From Nitrospinaceae bacterium (lineage in GTDB: Bacteria > Nitrospinota > Nitrospinia > Nitrospinales > JACRGP01): a stretch of 64,000 nt of DNA. The notes below the pieces were generated by a model. That model ran no database searches, was not told the DNA's origin, and saw nothing but the letters and a program-made list of their open reading frames with translations. The stretch's first letter is position 1. Each line of letters starts with the position of its first letter. Positions 11,300-20,842 of the stretch are shown here, in pieces. The stretch is taken from positions 13,524 through 77,523 of the forward strand of contig JAJDBD010000088.1 in the NCBI GenBank assembly GCA_029261575.1, given 5' to 3'. The position numbers and the translations under genes were made by a program.

Positions 11300-11665
11300 A
11301 TGTCCGTCAACGTTCGCCGCGAATTGAGATTGAAAAGAAAAAAACGCGTGAAACTCCAGGTCCAAAAGGACACGGGGAAGTGCCGGCTCACGGTATTCAA
11401 AACCGCCAAGCATATTTACGCCCAGATTGTGGACGACCGCGAGCGCAAGACATTGGCGTCCGAGTCCACCGTGTCTCCGAAATTCAAGGAGAGCAAGCAG
11501 AGTGGAGGCAATCTAAAAGCCGCCGCCTGGGTGGGCGAGTCTTTGGGAGCCAAAGCCGCAGACCAAGGAATCAAGGAAGTGTATTGCGACCGGAACGGGT
11601 TCCGCTACACCGGACGCATCAAAGCCCTGGCCGACGCGGTTCGGGAAAAGGGAGTGAAGTTTTAA
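11300..11665 (+). CDS. rplR: 50S ribosomal protein L18
   Basis: 121 aa, L18-like (RLTVFKTAKHIYAQIVDD...). Follows rplF. Confidence 0.95.
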   Translation: MSVNVRRELRLKRKKRVKLQVQKDTGKCRLTVFKTAKHIYAQIVDDRERKTLASESTVSPKFKESKQSGGNLKAAAWVGESLGAKAADQGIKEVYCDRNGFRYTGRIKALADAVREKGVKF

Positions 11666-11666
11666 A

Positions 11667-11762
11667 AGGGTCTCTAATAATTGTAAGTTTTTGCTTTCGG
11701 CAACGCCCCGTCCCTTATTTATAAGGGACGCTCGCGGCCATGATTAATTTTTAGAGGCGCAC
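11667..11762 (+). repeat. Palindromic ~95-nt MITE/REP-like element, family 1, copy A
   Basis: Lies in the rplR|rpsE gap. Terminal inverted repeats CCTCTAATAATT / AATTTTTAGAGG and a central stem-loop GTCCCTTAT-TT-ATAAGGGAC. An exact 32-nt block (11729-11760) equals the reverse complement of 16697-16728. Confidence 0.85.
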
Positions 11763-11839
11763 TCAAGCGGGAATCAAGCTCCGACGATTTGAGAAAAAAG
11801 ATTGTCGGGAGTTGGAGTTCCATAACAGCGAGGTAGACT

Positions 11840-12343
11840 TTGCAAGAAGCCGTGGATTCAAAAAAAGAAGAAATCGTCGACAAAGTCGTCAATATCCGTC
11901 GGGTGGCCAAAGTGGTCAAGGGCGGGCGGCGATTCAGCTTCAGTATTTTAATTGTAGTCGGCAACAAGGACGGCCGCGTGGGTTGGGGTCTGGGTAAAGC
12001 CACTCAGGTGCCAGAAGCCATTCGCAAAGGCGTGGAGAAAGCCAAGAAGAACATGGTCTCGGTCAGTCTGGCCTCCGGCACCATTCCCCATGAAGCGTTG
12101 GGCTGTTACGGGGCAGGCAGAGTGTTGCTGAAACCCGCGTCCCGGGGAACCGGCCTGATCGCCGGCGGGGCTGTGCGCGCCGTATTGGAAGCCGTGGGCG
12201 TACGCGACATCCTCACGAAATGTTTGCGCTCCAACAATCCTCACAATGCCGTCAAAGCCACCATCGCCGGATTACAGTCTTTGAGAGACGCCGGTCAAAT
12301 TGAAAAATTACGGGGTCAACCCGTCGCCGCCAAAACCGCGTAA
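11840..12343 (+). CDS. rpsE: 30S ribosomal protein S5
   Basis: 167 aa, TTG start preceded by [23 protein letters not shown] motif. Confidence 0.95.
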   Translation: MQEAVDSKKEEIVDKVVNIRRVAKVVKGGRRFSFSILIVVGNKDGRVGWGLGKATQVPEAIRKGVEKAKKNMVSVSLASGTIPHEALGCYGAGRVLLKPASRGTGLIAGGAVRAVLEAVGVRDILTKCLRSNNPHNAVKATIAGLQSLRDAGQIEKLRGQPVAAKTA

Positions 12344-12349
12344 GGGACC

Positions 12350-12796
12350 ATGCTGACATTATCGAATCTAAAACCCTATCCGGGAACGAAAAAAAATCGC
12401 AAACGAGTGGGCCGTGGCATCGGCTCTGGAACCGGCAAGACCTGCGGCAAAGGCCAAAAAGGTCAAAAGTCCCGTTCTGGAGGCAAGCCGCATCCCTGGT
12501 TCGAAGGCGGGCAAATGCCCCTGCAACGACGCCTTCCCAAAAGGGGATTCACTAATATTTTCAAAAAGATATTTGAAGTGGTCAACCTTTCCAGGATCGA
12601 TGGAGTCGAAGGAATCGAAGGAGAAGCGACCCTCGAGGTTTTGAAGGAGAAGGGATTGATCAAAAAAACTAAAGCTGTGAAAATACTTGGCAACGGAGAA
12701 ATTTCCAGAGCGCTCACCATTCACGCTCATCATTTCAGCCAGTCCGCCAAGGAGAAAATCGAAAAAGCCGGAGGGAAAGCGATTCTTATTAAATGA
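12350..12796 (+). CDS. rplO: 50S ribosomal protein L15
   Basis: 148 aa, [21 protein letters not shown] motif. Starts 6 nt after rpsE, so no L30 gene lies in between. Confidence 0.96.
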   Translation: MLTLSNLKPYPGTKKNRKRVGRGIGSGTGKTCGKGQKGQKSRSGGKPHPWFEGGQMPLQRRLPKRGFTNIFKKIFEVVNLSRIDGVEGIEGEATLEVLKEKGLIKKTKAVKILGNGEISRALTIHAHHFSQSAKEKIEKAGGKAILIK

Positions 12797-14109
12797 GCGG
12801 CGCAGAGAATATAGGAAACATATTCAAGGTTCCCGAACTGAAGAGGCGCGTCCTCTTTACATTGGGGATTTTGGCCGTCTACAGGCTTGGGGCGCATATC
12901 CCCACCCCTGGGATCGACAGCGCGGCGTTGGTGGAGATATTCGCCAGAGTTCAGAGTACCATTCTCGGATTCTTCGACATGTTTTCCGGGGGCGCCCTGA
13001 GTCGACTCACGATATTTGCGTTGGGCATCATGCCCTACATCAGCGCCTCCATCATCCTGCAGTTGCTGACGATTGTTTCCCCGTATCTGGCGCGGCTTAA
13101 AAAAGAAGGCGAACAGGGACAAAAGAAAATCACCCAGTACACCCGGTACGGAACCATCCTGGTGAGTATTATCCAGAGTTCCGGGATCTCCATGGGGCTG
13201 GAAGCCATGAAAAGTCCCAGCGGGCAAGCCGTGGTGATGGAGCCGGGGTGGTCCTTCCGGTTGATGACCATTCTCACGCTGACCGCCGGAACCGCTTTCA
13301 TCATGTGGCTGGGCGAACAAATTACCGAACGGGGAATCGGCAACGGAATCTCCCTCATCATTTTCGCGGGGATCGTGGCCGGCACCCCCGCCGCGATATT
13401 TCAATCCCTGGACCTGATGGGGACGGGAGAATTACAGCCGCTGGTCATGCTGGTGATCACGGTGATGATGGCCTTCGTGGTCGGCGCCATTGTGTTTTCC
13501 GAGGGAGGGCAACGCAGGATACCCATACAATACGCCAAGCGCGTGGTGGGACGAAAAATGATGGGCGGCCAGAGTTCGCATTTGCCGCTAAAAGTCAATA
13601 CCGCGGGCGTCATCCCGCCTATATTTGCCTCGTCCATCATCATGTTTCCGGCCACCATTGCCCAGTTTATAACGCACCCCTGGATGCAAAACATTTCGGC
13701 GGCGCTGACGCCGGGAAACGTGATTTACAGTTTAATATTCATTGGGGCGATCTTTTTCTTTTGCTATTTTTATACGGCGGTCATATTCAACCCCGTCGAC
13801 GTGGCCGACAATATGAAGAAACACGGCGGTTACGTTCCGGGAATTCGACCGGGCGCTAAAACCGCGGAATATATCGACCAAGTGTTGTCGCGGATCACGT
13901 TTTTTGGAGCAGGCTATCTTTCGTTGATCTGTATTTTGCCCGATTATTTGATAAAATACTTCAACATTCCCTTTTATTTCGGTGGCACCAGCCTGCTCAT
14001 TGTCGTGGGCGTTTCACTGGACACCATGCAGCAGATAGAATCCCATCTGGTGATGAGAAACTACGATGGGTTTGTCAAGAAGGGGAGGTTGAGAGGCAGA
14101 AGAGGCTGA
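12793..14109 (+). CDS. secY: Preprotein translocase subunit SecY
   Basis: 438 aa multi-TM protein. ATGA overlap with rplO, conserved spc-operon position, SecY-like sequence ([24 protein letters not shown]). Confidence 0.96.
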   Translation: MSGAENIGNIFKVPELKRRVLFTLGILAVYRLGAHIPTPGIDSAALVEIFARVQSTILGFFDMFSGGALSRLTIFALGIMPYISASIILQLLTIVSPYLARLKKEGEQGQKKITQYTRYGTILVSIIQSSGISMGLEAMKSPSGQAVVMEPGWSFRLMTILTLTAGTAFIMWLGEQITERGIGNGISLIIFAGIVAGTPAAIFQSLDLMGTGELQPLVMLVITVMMAFVVGAIVFSEGGQRRIPIQYAKRVVGRKMMGGQSSHLPLKVNTAGVIPPIFASSIIMFPATIAQFITHPWMQNISAALTPGNVIYSLIFIGAIFFFCYFYTAVIFNPVDVADNMKKHGGYVPGIRPGAKTAEYIDQVLSRITFFGAGYLSLICILPDYLIKYFNIPFYFGGTSLLIVVGVSLDTMQQIESHLVMRNYDGFVKKGRLRGRRG

Positions 14110-14753
14110 TGAGGTTGATACTTTTGGGACCTCCCGGAGCGGGAAAAGGCACCCAAGCCAAACTGTTGATGAAGAAATACAATATCCCCCAGATATCGAC
14201 CGGGGATATTTTAAGAAGAGCCGTTCAGGACGATAACGATTTGGGTCGCAAGGCCAAAACGTCCATGGACGCCGGAAGCCTGGTTCCGGACGAAACCGTC
14301 ATCGGCCTGATCCGGGAAAGAATCCGGGAAGCCGATTGCGCAAGAGGATTTATTCTGGACGGGTTTCCGCGCACCGAGGTGCAGGCAGAAAAGCTCGATG
14401 AGATGTTGCGGGAGCTGGAGCTGACTATCGACGCGGTGTTGGATTTTAGCGTGGACGCCGAAGAGTTGGTGTTGCGCCTTACGGGGCGGCGCACTTGCAG
14501 GGAATGTGGAGCGATGTTCCACGTCGACGGTCGGCCCCCGAAACGGTCCGGCGTATGCGATCATTGCGACGGCGCGCTTTACCAGAGGCCCGACGACAAC
14601 CAGGCCACCATCACCAAACGGATGGAAGTCTACGAAAAGGAAACAGCGCCGTTGAAAAAATATTATAGCCAACAGGGAAACCTCAAAACGCTGGAAGGAG
14701 CAGGAGACACGGAACAGATATTTTCCCGGGTTTGCCAGCTCGTTTCCTCCTGA
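14109..14753 (+). CDS. adk: Adenylate kinase (zinc-finger lid type)
   Basis: 214 aa, P-loop GPPGAGKGTQ, lid CRECG...CDHCDG. Start overlaps the secY stop. Confidence 0.96.
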   Translation: MRLILLGPPGAGKGTQAKLLMKKYNIPQISTGDILRRAVQDDNDLGRKAKTSMDAGSLVPDETVIGLIRERIREADCARGFILDGFPRTEVQAEKLDEMLRELELTIDAVLDFSVDAEELVLRLTGRRTCRECGAMFHVDGRPPKRSGVCDHCDGALYQRPDDNQATITKRMEVYEKETAPLKKYYSQQGNLKTLEGAGDTEQIFSRVCQLVSS

Positions 14754-14847
14754 GGGGCGATTCCAAAGAGCGCTTTTGGCCAAGAGCGGCCTGGGTGAAG
14801 AGTTGCCGAGGCGCGGCAGAGAAAAAATCGAATTACTAGAGGTTCCC
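14754..14847 (-). repeat. Family 1 element, diverged copy D (same orientation as copy B)
   Basis: Fills the adk|infA gap. Shares GGGCG...TTGGCC..GAGCGGCC...AGTTGCC...AATTAcTAGAGGTTCCC with copy B (16695-16792). More degenerate than copies A and B. Confidence 0.55.
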
Positions 14848-14857
14848 TGATAAAATT

Positions 14858-15076
14858 ATGTCAAAAGAAGAGTCCATAGAAGTTGAAGGAACAGTCGTCG
14901 AACCTTTGCCCAACGCAATGTTTCGGGTAGAGCTTGATAACGGTCATAAAATCCTGGCGCACATCTCAGGAAAAATGCGTCTTCATTTCATCAGGATTTT
15001 GTCCGGAGACAAGGTGAAAGTGCAACTCTCCCCCTACGATTTGAGCCGGGGGCGAATCACCTACCGTTACAAATAA
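14858..15076 (+). CDS. infA: Translation initiation factor IF-1
   Basis: 72 aa with the [25 protein letters not shown] motif. Confidence 0.97.
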   Translation: MSKEESIEVEGTVVEPLPNAMFRVELDNGHKILAHISGKMRLHFIRILSGDKVKVQLSPYDLSRGRITYRYK

Positions 15077-15091
15077 GAGAAAGGAAACGTC

Positions 15092-15205
15092 ATGAAAGTC
15101 CGGGCCTCCGTAAAGCCCATTTGCAATAAATGCAAGCTGATCCGCCGGAAAGGCGTAGTGCGTGTACTCTGCGTCAATCCCAAACACAAACAGCGGCAAG
15201 GTTGA
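15092..15205 (+). CDS. rpmJ: 50S ribosomal protein L36
   Basis: Not in the ORF track because it is too short. Hand translation gives [37 protein letters not shown]-stop, preceded by GAGAAAGGA. Canonical L36 sequence and position. Confidence 0.93.
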   Translation: MKVRASVKPICNKCKLIRRKGVVRVLCVNPKHKQRQG

Positions 15206-15246
15206 ACCGTTTAAAGAACCGAATTTGATTTTATAAGGAGCGTAAG

Positions 15247-15609
15247 GTGGCCAGGATTGCAGGCATCGATATACCCAGCGAAAAACGAACGATCATAGGG
15301 TTGACGTATGTTTTCGGGATTGGAAGATCCCTCTCCGCCGATATTTTGAAAAAAGCGGGGATTGCGGAAACTATTCGGGTCAAGGACCTGACCGAGGAAG
15401 AAGTCAACAAAATCCGGGGGATCATCGAAAAAGATTACGAAGTCGAAGGCGACCTGCGACGGTCGGTGAACATGAACATCAAACGTCTGATGGACGTCGG
15501 CAGTTATCGCGGACTGCGCCATCGCCGGGGAATGCCGGTGCGAGGACAGCGAAGCCATACCAATGCCCGAACCCGCAAAGGCCCAAGAAAAACGGCCGGC
15601 GCCAAATAA
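15247..15609 (+). CDS. rpsM: 30S ribosomal protein S13
   Basis: 120 aa, GTG start, [11 protein letters not shown]-terminus. Confidence 0.96.
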   Translation: MARIAGIDIPSEKRTIIGLTYVFGIGRSLSADILKKAGIAETIRVKDLTEEEVNKIRGIIEKDYEVEGDLRRSVNMNIKRLMDVGSYRGLRHRRGMPVRGQRSHTNARTRKGPRKTAGAK

Positions 15610-15638
15610 GAACAACCTTTCAGGTCAGGAAACTTTAA

Positions 15639-16037
15639 ATGGCACAGGAAAAAGCTAAACCCGTAAAAACAGGCAAGAAGAAAAAGGTCGTTCCGGAGAA
15701 TGGGATCGCCCATATCCGCGCAACCTTCAACAACACCATCGTGTCGATTTCCGACGCTTCGGGGAACGTGGTGGCCTGGTCCAGCGCGGGCGCCCAGGGG
15801 TTCAAGGGATCGCGCAAAAGCACGCCCTTCGCCGCCCAGGTGGCCGCGGAAAAGGCCGCCCAAAAAGCCCGGGACATGGGCATGAGAAAACTGGAAGTCC
15901 ATATCAAGGGTCCCGGTTCCGGAAGGGAATCCGCCGTGCGGTCGCTTCAGGCCGTCGGCATGGAAATCACGGTGATTCGAGACAAGACCCCCATACCCCA
16001 TAACGGATGCCGGCCCCGAAAACGCCGACGCGTGTGA
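15639..16037 (+). CDS. rpsK: 30S ribosomal protein S11
   Basis: 132 aa, [17 protein letters not shown] motif. Confidence 0.96.
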   Translation: MAQEKAKPVKTGKKKKVVPENGIAHIRATFNNTIVSISDASGNVVAWSSAGAQGFKGSRKSTPFAAQVAAEKAAQKARDMGMRKLEVHIKGPGSGRESAVRSLQAVGMEITVIRDKTPIPHNGCRPRKRRRV

Positions 16038-16067
16038 CCCAATTCATCTTATTTAGGAGATTCAGTT

Positions 16068-16694
16068 TTGGCGAGATATAGAGATTCTCTTTGCAGACTT
16101 TGCCGACGCGAAGGCATCAAGCTTTTTTTGAAAGCCGAACGATGCCTGACCGTCAAATGCGCCATTGAAAAGCGCGCTTATCCCCCCGGCCAACACGGTC
16201 AGGGTCGGCCCAAGTTCTCTGAATACGGCGTGCAGTTGAGAGAGAAACAAAAAGTCCGCAGGATTTACGGCGTTCTGGAGAAGCAATTCAGGAAATATTT
16301 CAAGATCGCCGACCGGAAAAAAGGCGTGACCGGCGAAAACCTGTTGCAACTGCTGGAGATGCGTTTCGACAACGTGGTGTATCGTCTCGGGCTTGCCGGT
16401 TCGCGCAACGCCGCACGGCAACTCGTTCGGCACAACCATTTCTACGTCAACGGCAGGCGGGTGAACATCCCTTCGTACATGGTCAAAAAGGGAGACGTGA
16501 TCGCCCCCGCGCCGAATAAGGCCGAAAAGTTTCCCATCAAAACAGCCCTGGAAGGCATGAGAGGAAAATCTCTGCCCCAATGGCTGGCGTTTGACGAAGA
16601 CAACAAACAAGGGTTGATCCAGTCTCTCCCCAGCCGGGAAGACGTGACCCTGCCCATTCAGGAACAACTCATCGTGGAGTTGTACTCAAGATAA
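16068..16694 (+). CDS. rpsD: 30S ribosomal protein S4
   Basis: 208 aa, TTG start, [17 protein letters not shown]-terminus. Confidence 0.96.
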   Translation: MARYRDSLCRLCRREGIKLFLKAERCLTVKCAIEKRAYPPGQHGQGRPKFSEYGVQLREKQKVRRIYGVLEKQFRKYFKIADRKKGVTGENLLQLLEMRFDNVVYRLGLAGSRNAARQLVRHNHFYVNGRRVNIPSYMVKKGDVIAPAPNKAEKFPIKTALEGMRGKSLPQWLAFDEDNKQGLIQSLPSREDVTLPIQEQLIVELYSR

Positions 16695-16792
16695 GGGCGC
16701 CTCTAAAAATTAATCATGGCCGCGAGCGGCCCTTATGAAATAAGGGCTGGCGAGTTGCCAAAAGCGAAAGTATCCAATTATTAGAGGTTCCC
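16695..16792 (-). repeat. Family 1 element, copy B (inverted relative to copy A)
   Basis: Starts immediately after the rpsD stop. Its reverse complement aligns with copy A along the full length, including 32 identical nt. Ends GGGCGCCTCTAAAAATT ... AATTATTAGAGGTTCCC. Followed by a GTTCCC...GGGAAC hairpin at 16786-16815. Confidence 0.85.
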
Positions 16793-16866
16793 ATAAGAAA
16801 TCCCCCGGAGGGAACGCCCTGCGGTAACTTTATAAATGATATTTGAAAAATCAGGCGGAGGCCTTT

Positions 16867-17895
16867 ATGTTCTCGGCGCATGGAATAGTAAAAGCTAAAC
16901 GGTTGGAGTTCGATAAAAAAACCAAAACGGACGCTTACGGCAGGTTCGTTTCCGGACCCTTTGAACGCGGTTACGGAGTGACGGTGGGCAATTCGTTGCG
17001 GCGTATCCTGTTGTCTTCCATCGAAGGCGCGGCCGTGATCGGAGTCCGGTTTGAAGGCGTTTTTCATGAATTTTCCTCCCTGCCCGGAGTGATGGAAGAC
17101 GTTACCGAAATCATCCTCAATCTCAAGCAACTGAGCATCAGAAGTCGGGGGAACGGAGATTCTTCGCTCCGGCGCATCACCCTGAAAGCCCAAAAACCGG
17201 GAAGAGTCACCGCCCGGGATATTGAATCCGACGGGGGAGACGTCGAACTGTTAGACCCCGATCAGCACATCGCCACCCTCGACGAAAACGGCGAACTGGA
17301 CATGGAGATGCTGGTCCAGGTCGGGAGAGGTTACCTCCCTGCCGAGCGGCACGACCTTTCCAACGAATCGGTTCACATGATTCCCGTGGACGCCATTTTC
17401 TCCCCGGTGGAAAAAGTCAGCTACCATGTGGAAAAAACCCGCGTCGGGCAATCCACCGATTACGACTCCCTGATCATGGAGATCTGGACCAACGGCAGCA
17501 TCACCCCGGACGACGCGGTGGCCCACGCGGCCAAGATCGTCAAAGACCACATGCAGTTGTTCATCAACTTCGACGAAGAACCCGAACCGCAACAGCCCCA
17601 GGTCGACGAGAAGAAACAAAAAGTACTGACCTATTTGTCCAAAAGCGTGGAAGAGCTGGAACTTTCGGTTCGCTCCTACAACTGCTTGAAAAACGCCAAC
17701 ATTCAAACCATCTCCGAACTGGTGCAAAAGAACGACCAGGAAATGCTGAAAACCCGCAACTTCGGCAGGAAATCCCTGAACGAAATTAAGGATATTCTGG
17801 AGGAGATGGGATTGGGCCTGGGCACGAAACTGGACGGCGACGACCTGAAGCAACTCAACTCGCTTAGAAAAAAGAAGGAAGTAGAAAACCCGTAG
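16867..17895 (+). CDS. rpoA: DNA-directed RNA polymerase subunit alpha
   Basis: [11 protein letters not shown] motif and a C-terminal domain ([22 protein letters not shown]). I prefer the ATG at 16867, preceded by GGCGGAGG, over the TTG at 16843 given in the ORF track. Confidence 0.95.
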   Translation: MFSAHGIVKAKRLEFDKKTKTDAYGRFVSGPFERGYGVTVGNSLRRILLSSIEGAAVIGVRFEGVFHEFSSLPGVMEDVTEIILNLKQLSIRSRGNGDSSLRRITLKAQKPGRVTARDIESDGGDVELLDPDQHIATLDENGELDMEMLVQVGRGYLPAERHDLSNESVHMIPVDAIFSPVEKVSYHVEKTRVGQSTDYDSLIMEIWTNGSITPDDAVAHAAKIVKDHMQLFINFDEEPEPQQPQVDEKKQKVLTYLSKSVEELELSVRSYNCLKNANIQTISELVQKNDQEMLKTRNFGRKSLNEIKDILEEMGLGLGTKLDGDDLKQLNSLRKKKEVENP

Positions 17896-17927
17896 ATAAC
17901 GGATTCGCGCTAACAACCCATTTAAGG

Positions 17928-18024
17928 ACGCTTCTGGTAATTCAAAATTTTTTCGTTTGGCAACTCGCTTGGCCTTTATTTTAATAGCCAAGCTCGCGGC
18001 CTCGGACAATTTTTAGAGGTTCCC
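17928..18024 (+). repeat. Family 1 element, copy C (same orientation as copy A, degenerate 5' end)
   Basis: Lies in the rpoA|rplQ gap. TTTGGCAACTCGC...GCTCGCGGCC...CAATTTTTAGAGGTTCCC matches copy A and the reverse complement of copy B. The central stem is replaced by GGCCTTTATTTTAATAGCC. Confidence 0.65.
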
Positions 18025-18052
18025 TTAATTTAATAGAGAAGGTAATGATCCC

Positions 18053-18598
18053 ATGCGGCATTTAAAAGCGGGCAACAGAAAATTCGGCCGTAGCCCGGCC
18101 CATCGAAAAGCCATGTTCCGCAACATGGTCACCGCGCTGGTGCGCCAGGAAAGAGTCCGCACGACTCTCGCCAAGGCCAAGGAGTTGCGCGGCAAAGTGG
18201 AGAAAGTCATCACCTTGGGTAAAAAGGGAACCCTGCACGCCCGCCGGACCGCCCGCAGGCATGTGGCGGAAAGAGAAACCCTGCTCAAGGTTTTTGGACC
18301 GCTGTCCGAACGCTACGCCGATCGTCCCGGCGGGTACACCCGCGTCATCAAAATAGGCAATCGCCCCGGCGACGACGCGCCCATGGCGTTCATCGAACTG
18401 GTCGACCGCGAAGAAGAGGCGGCGCAGGCCGAGGATAAGAAAAGCAAAAAAGCCGCGGGAAAGAAAACCGAAAAGAAAGCCGAAGGTAAATCCAAAAAGC
18501 CGGAAGAGAAAAAAGCCAAAGAAAAAACGCCCAAAGATAAAAAAGAAAAACCCGCCGCCAAAAAAGAAAGCAAAAAAGACGACGCGGAGAAAAAGTAA
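18053..18598 (+). CDS. rplQ: 50S ribosomal protein L17 with a Lys-rich C-terminal extension
   Basis: 181 aa, N-terminus [21 protein letters not shown]. The last ~62 aa are K/E/A low complexity. Confidence 0.95.
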   Translation: MRHLKAGNRKFGRSPAHRKAMFRNMVTALVRQERVRTTLAKAKELRGKVEKVITLGKKGTLHARRTARRHVAERETLLKVFGPLSERYADRPGGYTRVIKIGNRPGDDAPMAFIELVDREEEAAQAEDKKSKKAAGKKTEKKAEGKSKKPEEKKAKEKTPKDKKEKPAAKKESKKDDAEKK

Positions 18599-18655
18599 CT
18601 CCCAGACCGCGTCGCCTCCCTGAAAAGCTCCCGCCTCAAGCGCCGTTGTGGCGCC

Positions 18656-19084
18656 TCAAGGAATGTTTGGCTTCACCCCCGTCGGCCCCTGTTTGAACCG
18701 ATAGTTGGTGTTCTCCTTGATGTACGCCAGCAAATCGTCGTAACTCTTGAAGTGTTCCGACCAGCCGTAATCTTCGTTCGTGTATTCGCAATTCGTCGTG
18801 CTGTGTTCCTTGCAGATATAGGGCCGGGTCTCGTAAATCCCGCACTGGTTGTTGTCCTGCAAAAAATTGCAGCGCGTGTGAATCATGATGTGCCATTTTT
18901 TCCGGTAGATATACATCGAAACCTGCTGGTGCGCCAGTTTCCACAGATAGCTTTCATAATCCTTCCGGGAACCCGGCTCGTCGATTTCAAACGCAAAATA
19001 GGCGCAACATTTTGCGGGGAGGCATTTGGAGCATTGGTCCGAATCGTTGTCCGGATCAAAACTTATTTTTTGTTTCTTTGCCAT
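18656..19084 (-). CDS. YkgJ-family (CxxCxxCC-type) putative zinc/iron-chelating protein
   Basis: Cys pattern CSKC-x5-CC plus a later C..C..C, typical of the UPF0153/YkgJ family. The start is taken at MAKKQKISF (19084) rather than the upstream ORF-track ATG at 19153. Confidence 0.6.
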   Translation of the reverse strand: MAKKQKISFDPDNDSDQCSKCLPAKCCAYFAFEIDEPGSRKDYESYLWKLAHQQVSMYIYRKKWHIMIHTRCNFLQDNNQCGIYETRPYICKEHSTTNCEYTNEDYGWSEHFKSYDDLLAYIKENTNYRFKQGPTGVKPNIP

Positions 19085-19360
19085 TGGGAAGTCCTGTTTA
19101 AATCGGTTGGGAATTTTCTGACGCGCAACAACAAGCCGCGCCGCGGAAACCAATTATGCCAGTAAACTCGCCAGGTCCAAAGAAAAACCCGCTCGACGTC
19201 GGGCAAGCGCCGATGAATGTTGTAAACTGGATTTGTTTTGTTGCCCGGACATGAGCGACCGGTCGCCCTTGGGAGCCAGTCTTCTACACAGCGCCGGAGG
19301 CAATGTCTGCATGCGAAAACCCCTGGTCATCCCGAATGCCATGATCAAAAACCAAACGCC

Positions 19361-20719
19361 ATGAATTTTGAGCCGGAGAAAAACATTTCAATTTGGCGTC
19401 GCATCCGAAGCGAGTTTGCGGAAGGCGTCCAGAAGTTAAAAAATAATCCCGAATATTTTTGGGCGGTGGTCTCGGGTTATGGGTTCATGGGGAGCAACAT
19501 CCTCGTCCAGGTTTTGCTCGTCCCGATTTACCTGGCCGCGCTGGGCAAATACCAGTTTGGCGTTCTCATGATCCTGTTGGCGTTTATCAATTACGCCGCG
19601 TTGGGAATCGGCTGGATGTCCGGCGGGTTGACGCGGATGCTCGGGGAATGCGCCGCCACAAAGCGCTTTGATGATTTCTTTAAAATTTATTCCTTGTCCA
19701 AGTGGATATACGTCGGCTACGCGTTGATTGTGGGACTCCTCATGGTCGGGGTTGTTCAACTTTTTGGAGACCGATTTTTCGACGGCTATGAAAAAATCGA
19801 TCGCGAAACGGTTGTTTGGAGCGTCGTTTTTGCGGCGGCCTACGTCGCAGTCTTTTATGACTTTGCCGTCGACCAGACCGCCCTGACCGCCCTGAAGCGG
19901 CAAACCGCAGGCAACCTTTTTCAAATCCTGAGGCTTTCGCTGGTCGCCGCCGCCGTCGTTTTCTGGTTGTATAACGGCGGCGGATTGAAAGCGGTGTTGA
20001 TCAGTTTTTTGATCGGCGCCCTGGCGGCCCGCGCGGCCGTCTGGCTACACTGGAAATTTAAGGGTCCGCGATTAAAATGGTCCCTGCCTTCCAGGGGCGA
20101 GCTTCCTTTTCTTAAACGTCTGACGGGTCCGATGGGAATGGGGTATCTGCTGTTTGGCTGTTTTAACCTTACCCTGGCGGCGGATACGATCCTCATCGGT
20201 TGGCTGGGCGGAGCGGAGATGGCGGCGGAATTTGTTCTGGTCTGGAAAATTGCTGAGGTCGTCATTCTTATCATCGACCGGATTCCAAGTCATTTACAAC
20301 CTTATATAATCCATACGGACGTAAACCGAGACAAAGAACGGCTCAATCGATTGAGCCAAAAATTCTGGAAAGGAATTCTGGCGGTTTCCCTGGCCGCCGC
20401 TCTGGCTTATGCGTTGATGGGATCTTGGATTGTAGGCGTCTGGGTAGGACCGGAAAACCGGCCCGATAATCCTGCCGCCTACCTCCTTGCCGCGGGCGCG
20501 ATTTTCTGGCTGGGGTGTTCTCGCCTTCCAATATCTTTCGCTTATTCCACGGTGAAGCTCAAGGCGCTGAACCAAGTCTCGGGTATCGAGTTGGCGGCAA
20601 AGCTTGCTATCATCTTAATCTTGTTCCCCAGGGCCGGCTATCTGGCGCCGCTGATTGCGATCAACGCCGTGCACACGGTTTGGGCTTTTCGAGCGTATTA
20701 TAAATTAATAAAGATCTGA
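19361..20719 (+). CDS. Polysaccharide flippase (MOP/Wzx-like) membrane protein
   Basis: About 452 aa with around 12 hydrophobic helices and the composition of a polysaccharide biosynthesis protein. It heads a glycan locus. The start is taken at MNFEPEK (19361); the ORF-track start at 19238 adds a non-membrane, Arg-rich leader. Confidence 0.6.
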   Translation: MNFEPEKNISIWRRIRSEFAEGVQKLKNNPEYFWAVVSGYGFMGSNILVQVLLVPIYLAALGKYQFGVLMILLAFINYAALGIGWMSGGLTRMLGECAATKRFDDFFKIYSLSKWIYVGYALIVGLLMVGVVQLFGDRFFDGYEKIDRETVVWSVVFAAAYVAVFYDFAVDQTALTALKRQTAGNLFQILRLSLVAAAVVFWLYNGGGLKAVLISFLIGALAARAAVWLHWKFKGPRLKWSLPSRGELPFLKRLTGPMGMGYLLFGCFNLTLAADTILIGWLGGAEMAAEFVLVWKIAEVVILIIDRIPSHLQPYIIHTDVNRDKERLNRLSQKFWKGILAVSLAAALAYALMGSWIVGVWVGPENRPDNPAAYLLAAGAIFWLGCSRLPISFAYSTVKLKALNQVSGIELAAKLAIILILFPRAGYLAPLIAINAVHTVWAFRAYYKLIKI

Positions 20720-20842
20720 GTCTTGTCGCAATTTATGGTTTATAGATTTTCCTGAATCTGGATAACGCCTTTGAAAAATGGTAGGATTTAAAACTTGGAA
20801 TTTTTATTCCTCCATAAAATTTTTTGAATTCCTACCCCCAAA

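Noticed and set aside
6684-17910. Recurrent GATAACGG(A/G) strings just after r-protein stop codons (6690, 9541, 17895; ACGGATTCG also at 3889).
   Set aside because: Matches of 8-10 nt are expected by chance many times among all position pairs in 64 kb. No extended alignment or structure accompanies them, so I do not call a motif.
18599-18655. Possible terminator between convergent rplQ and the YkgJ-like gene (GCGCC-GTTGT-GGCGC).
   Set aside because: The stem is only 5 bp and has no U-tract, which is too weak to call.
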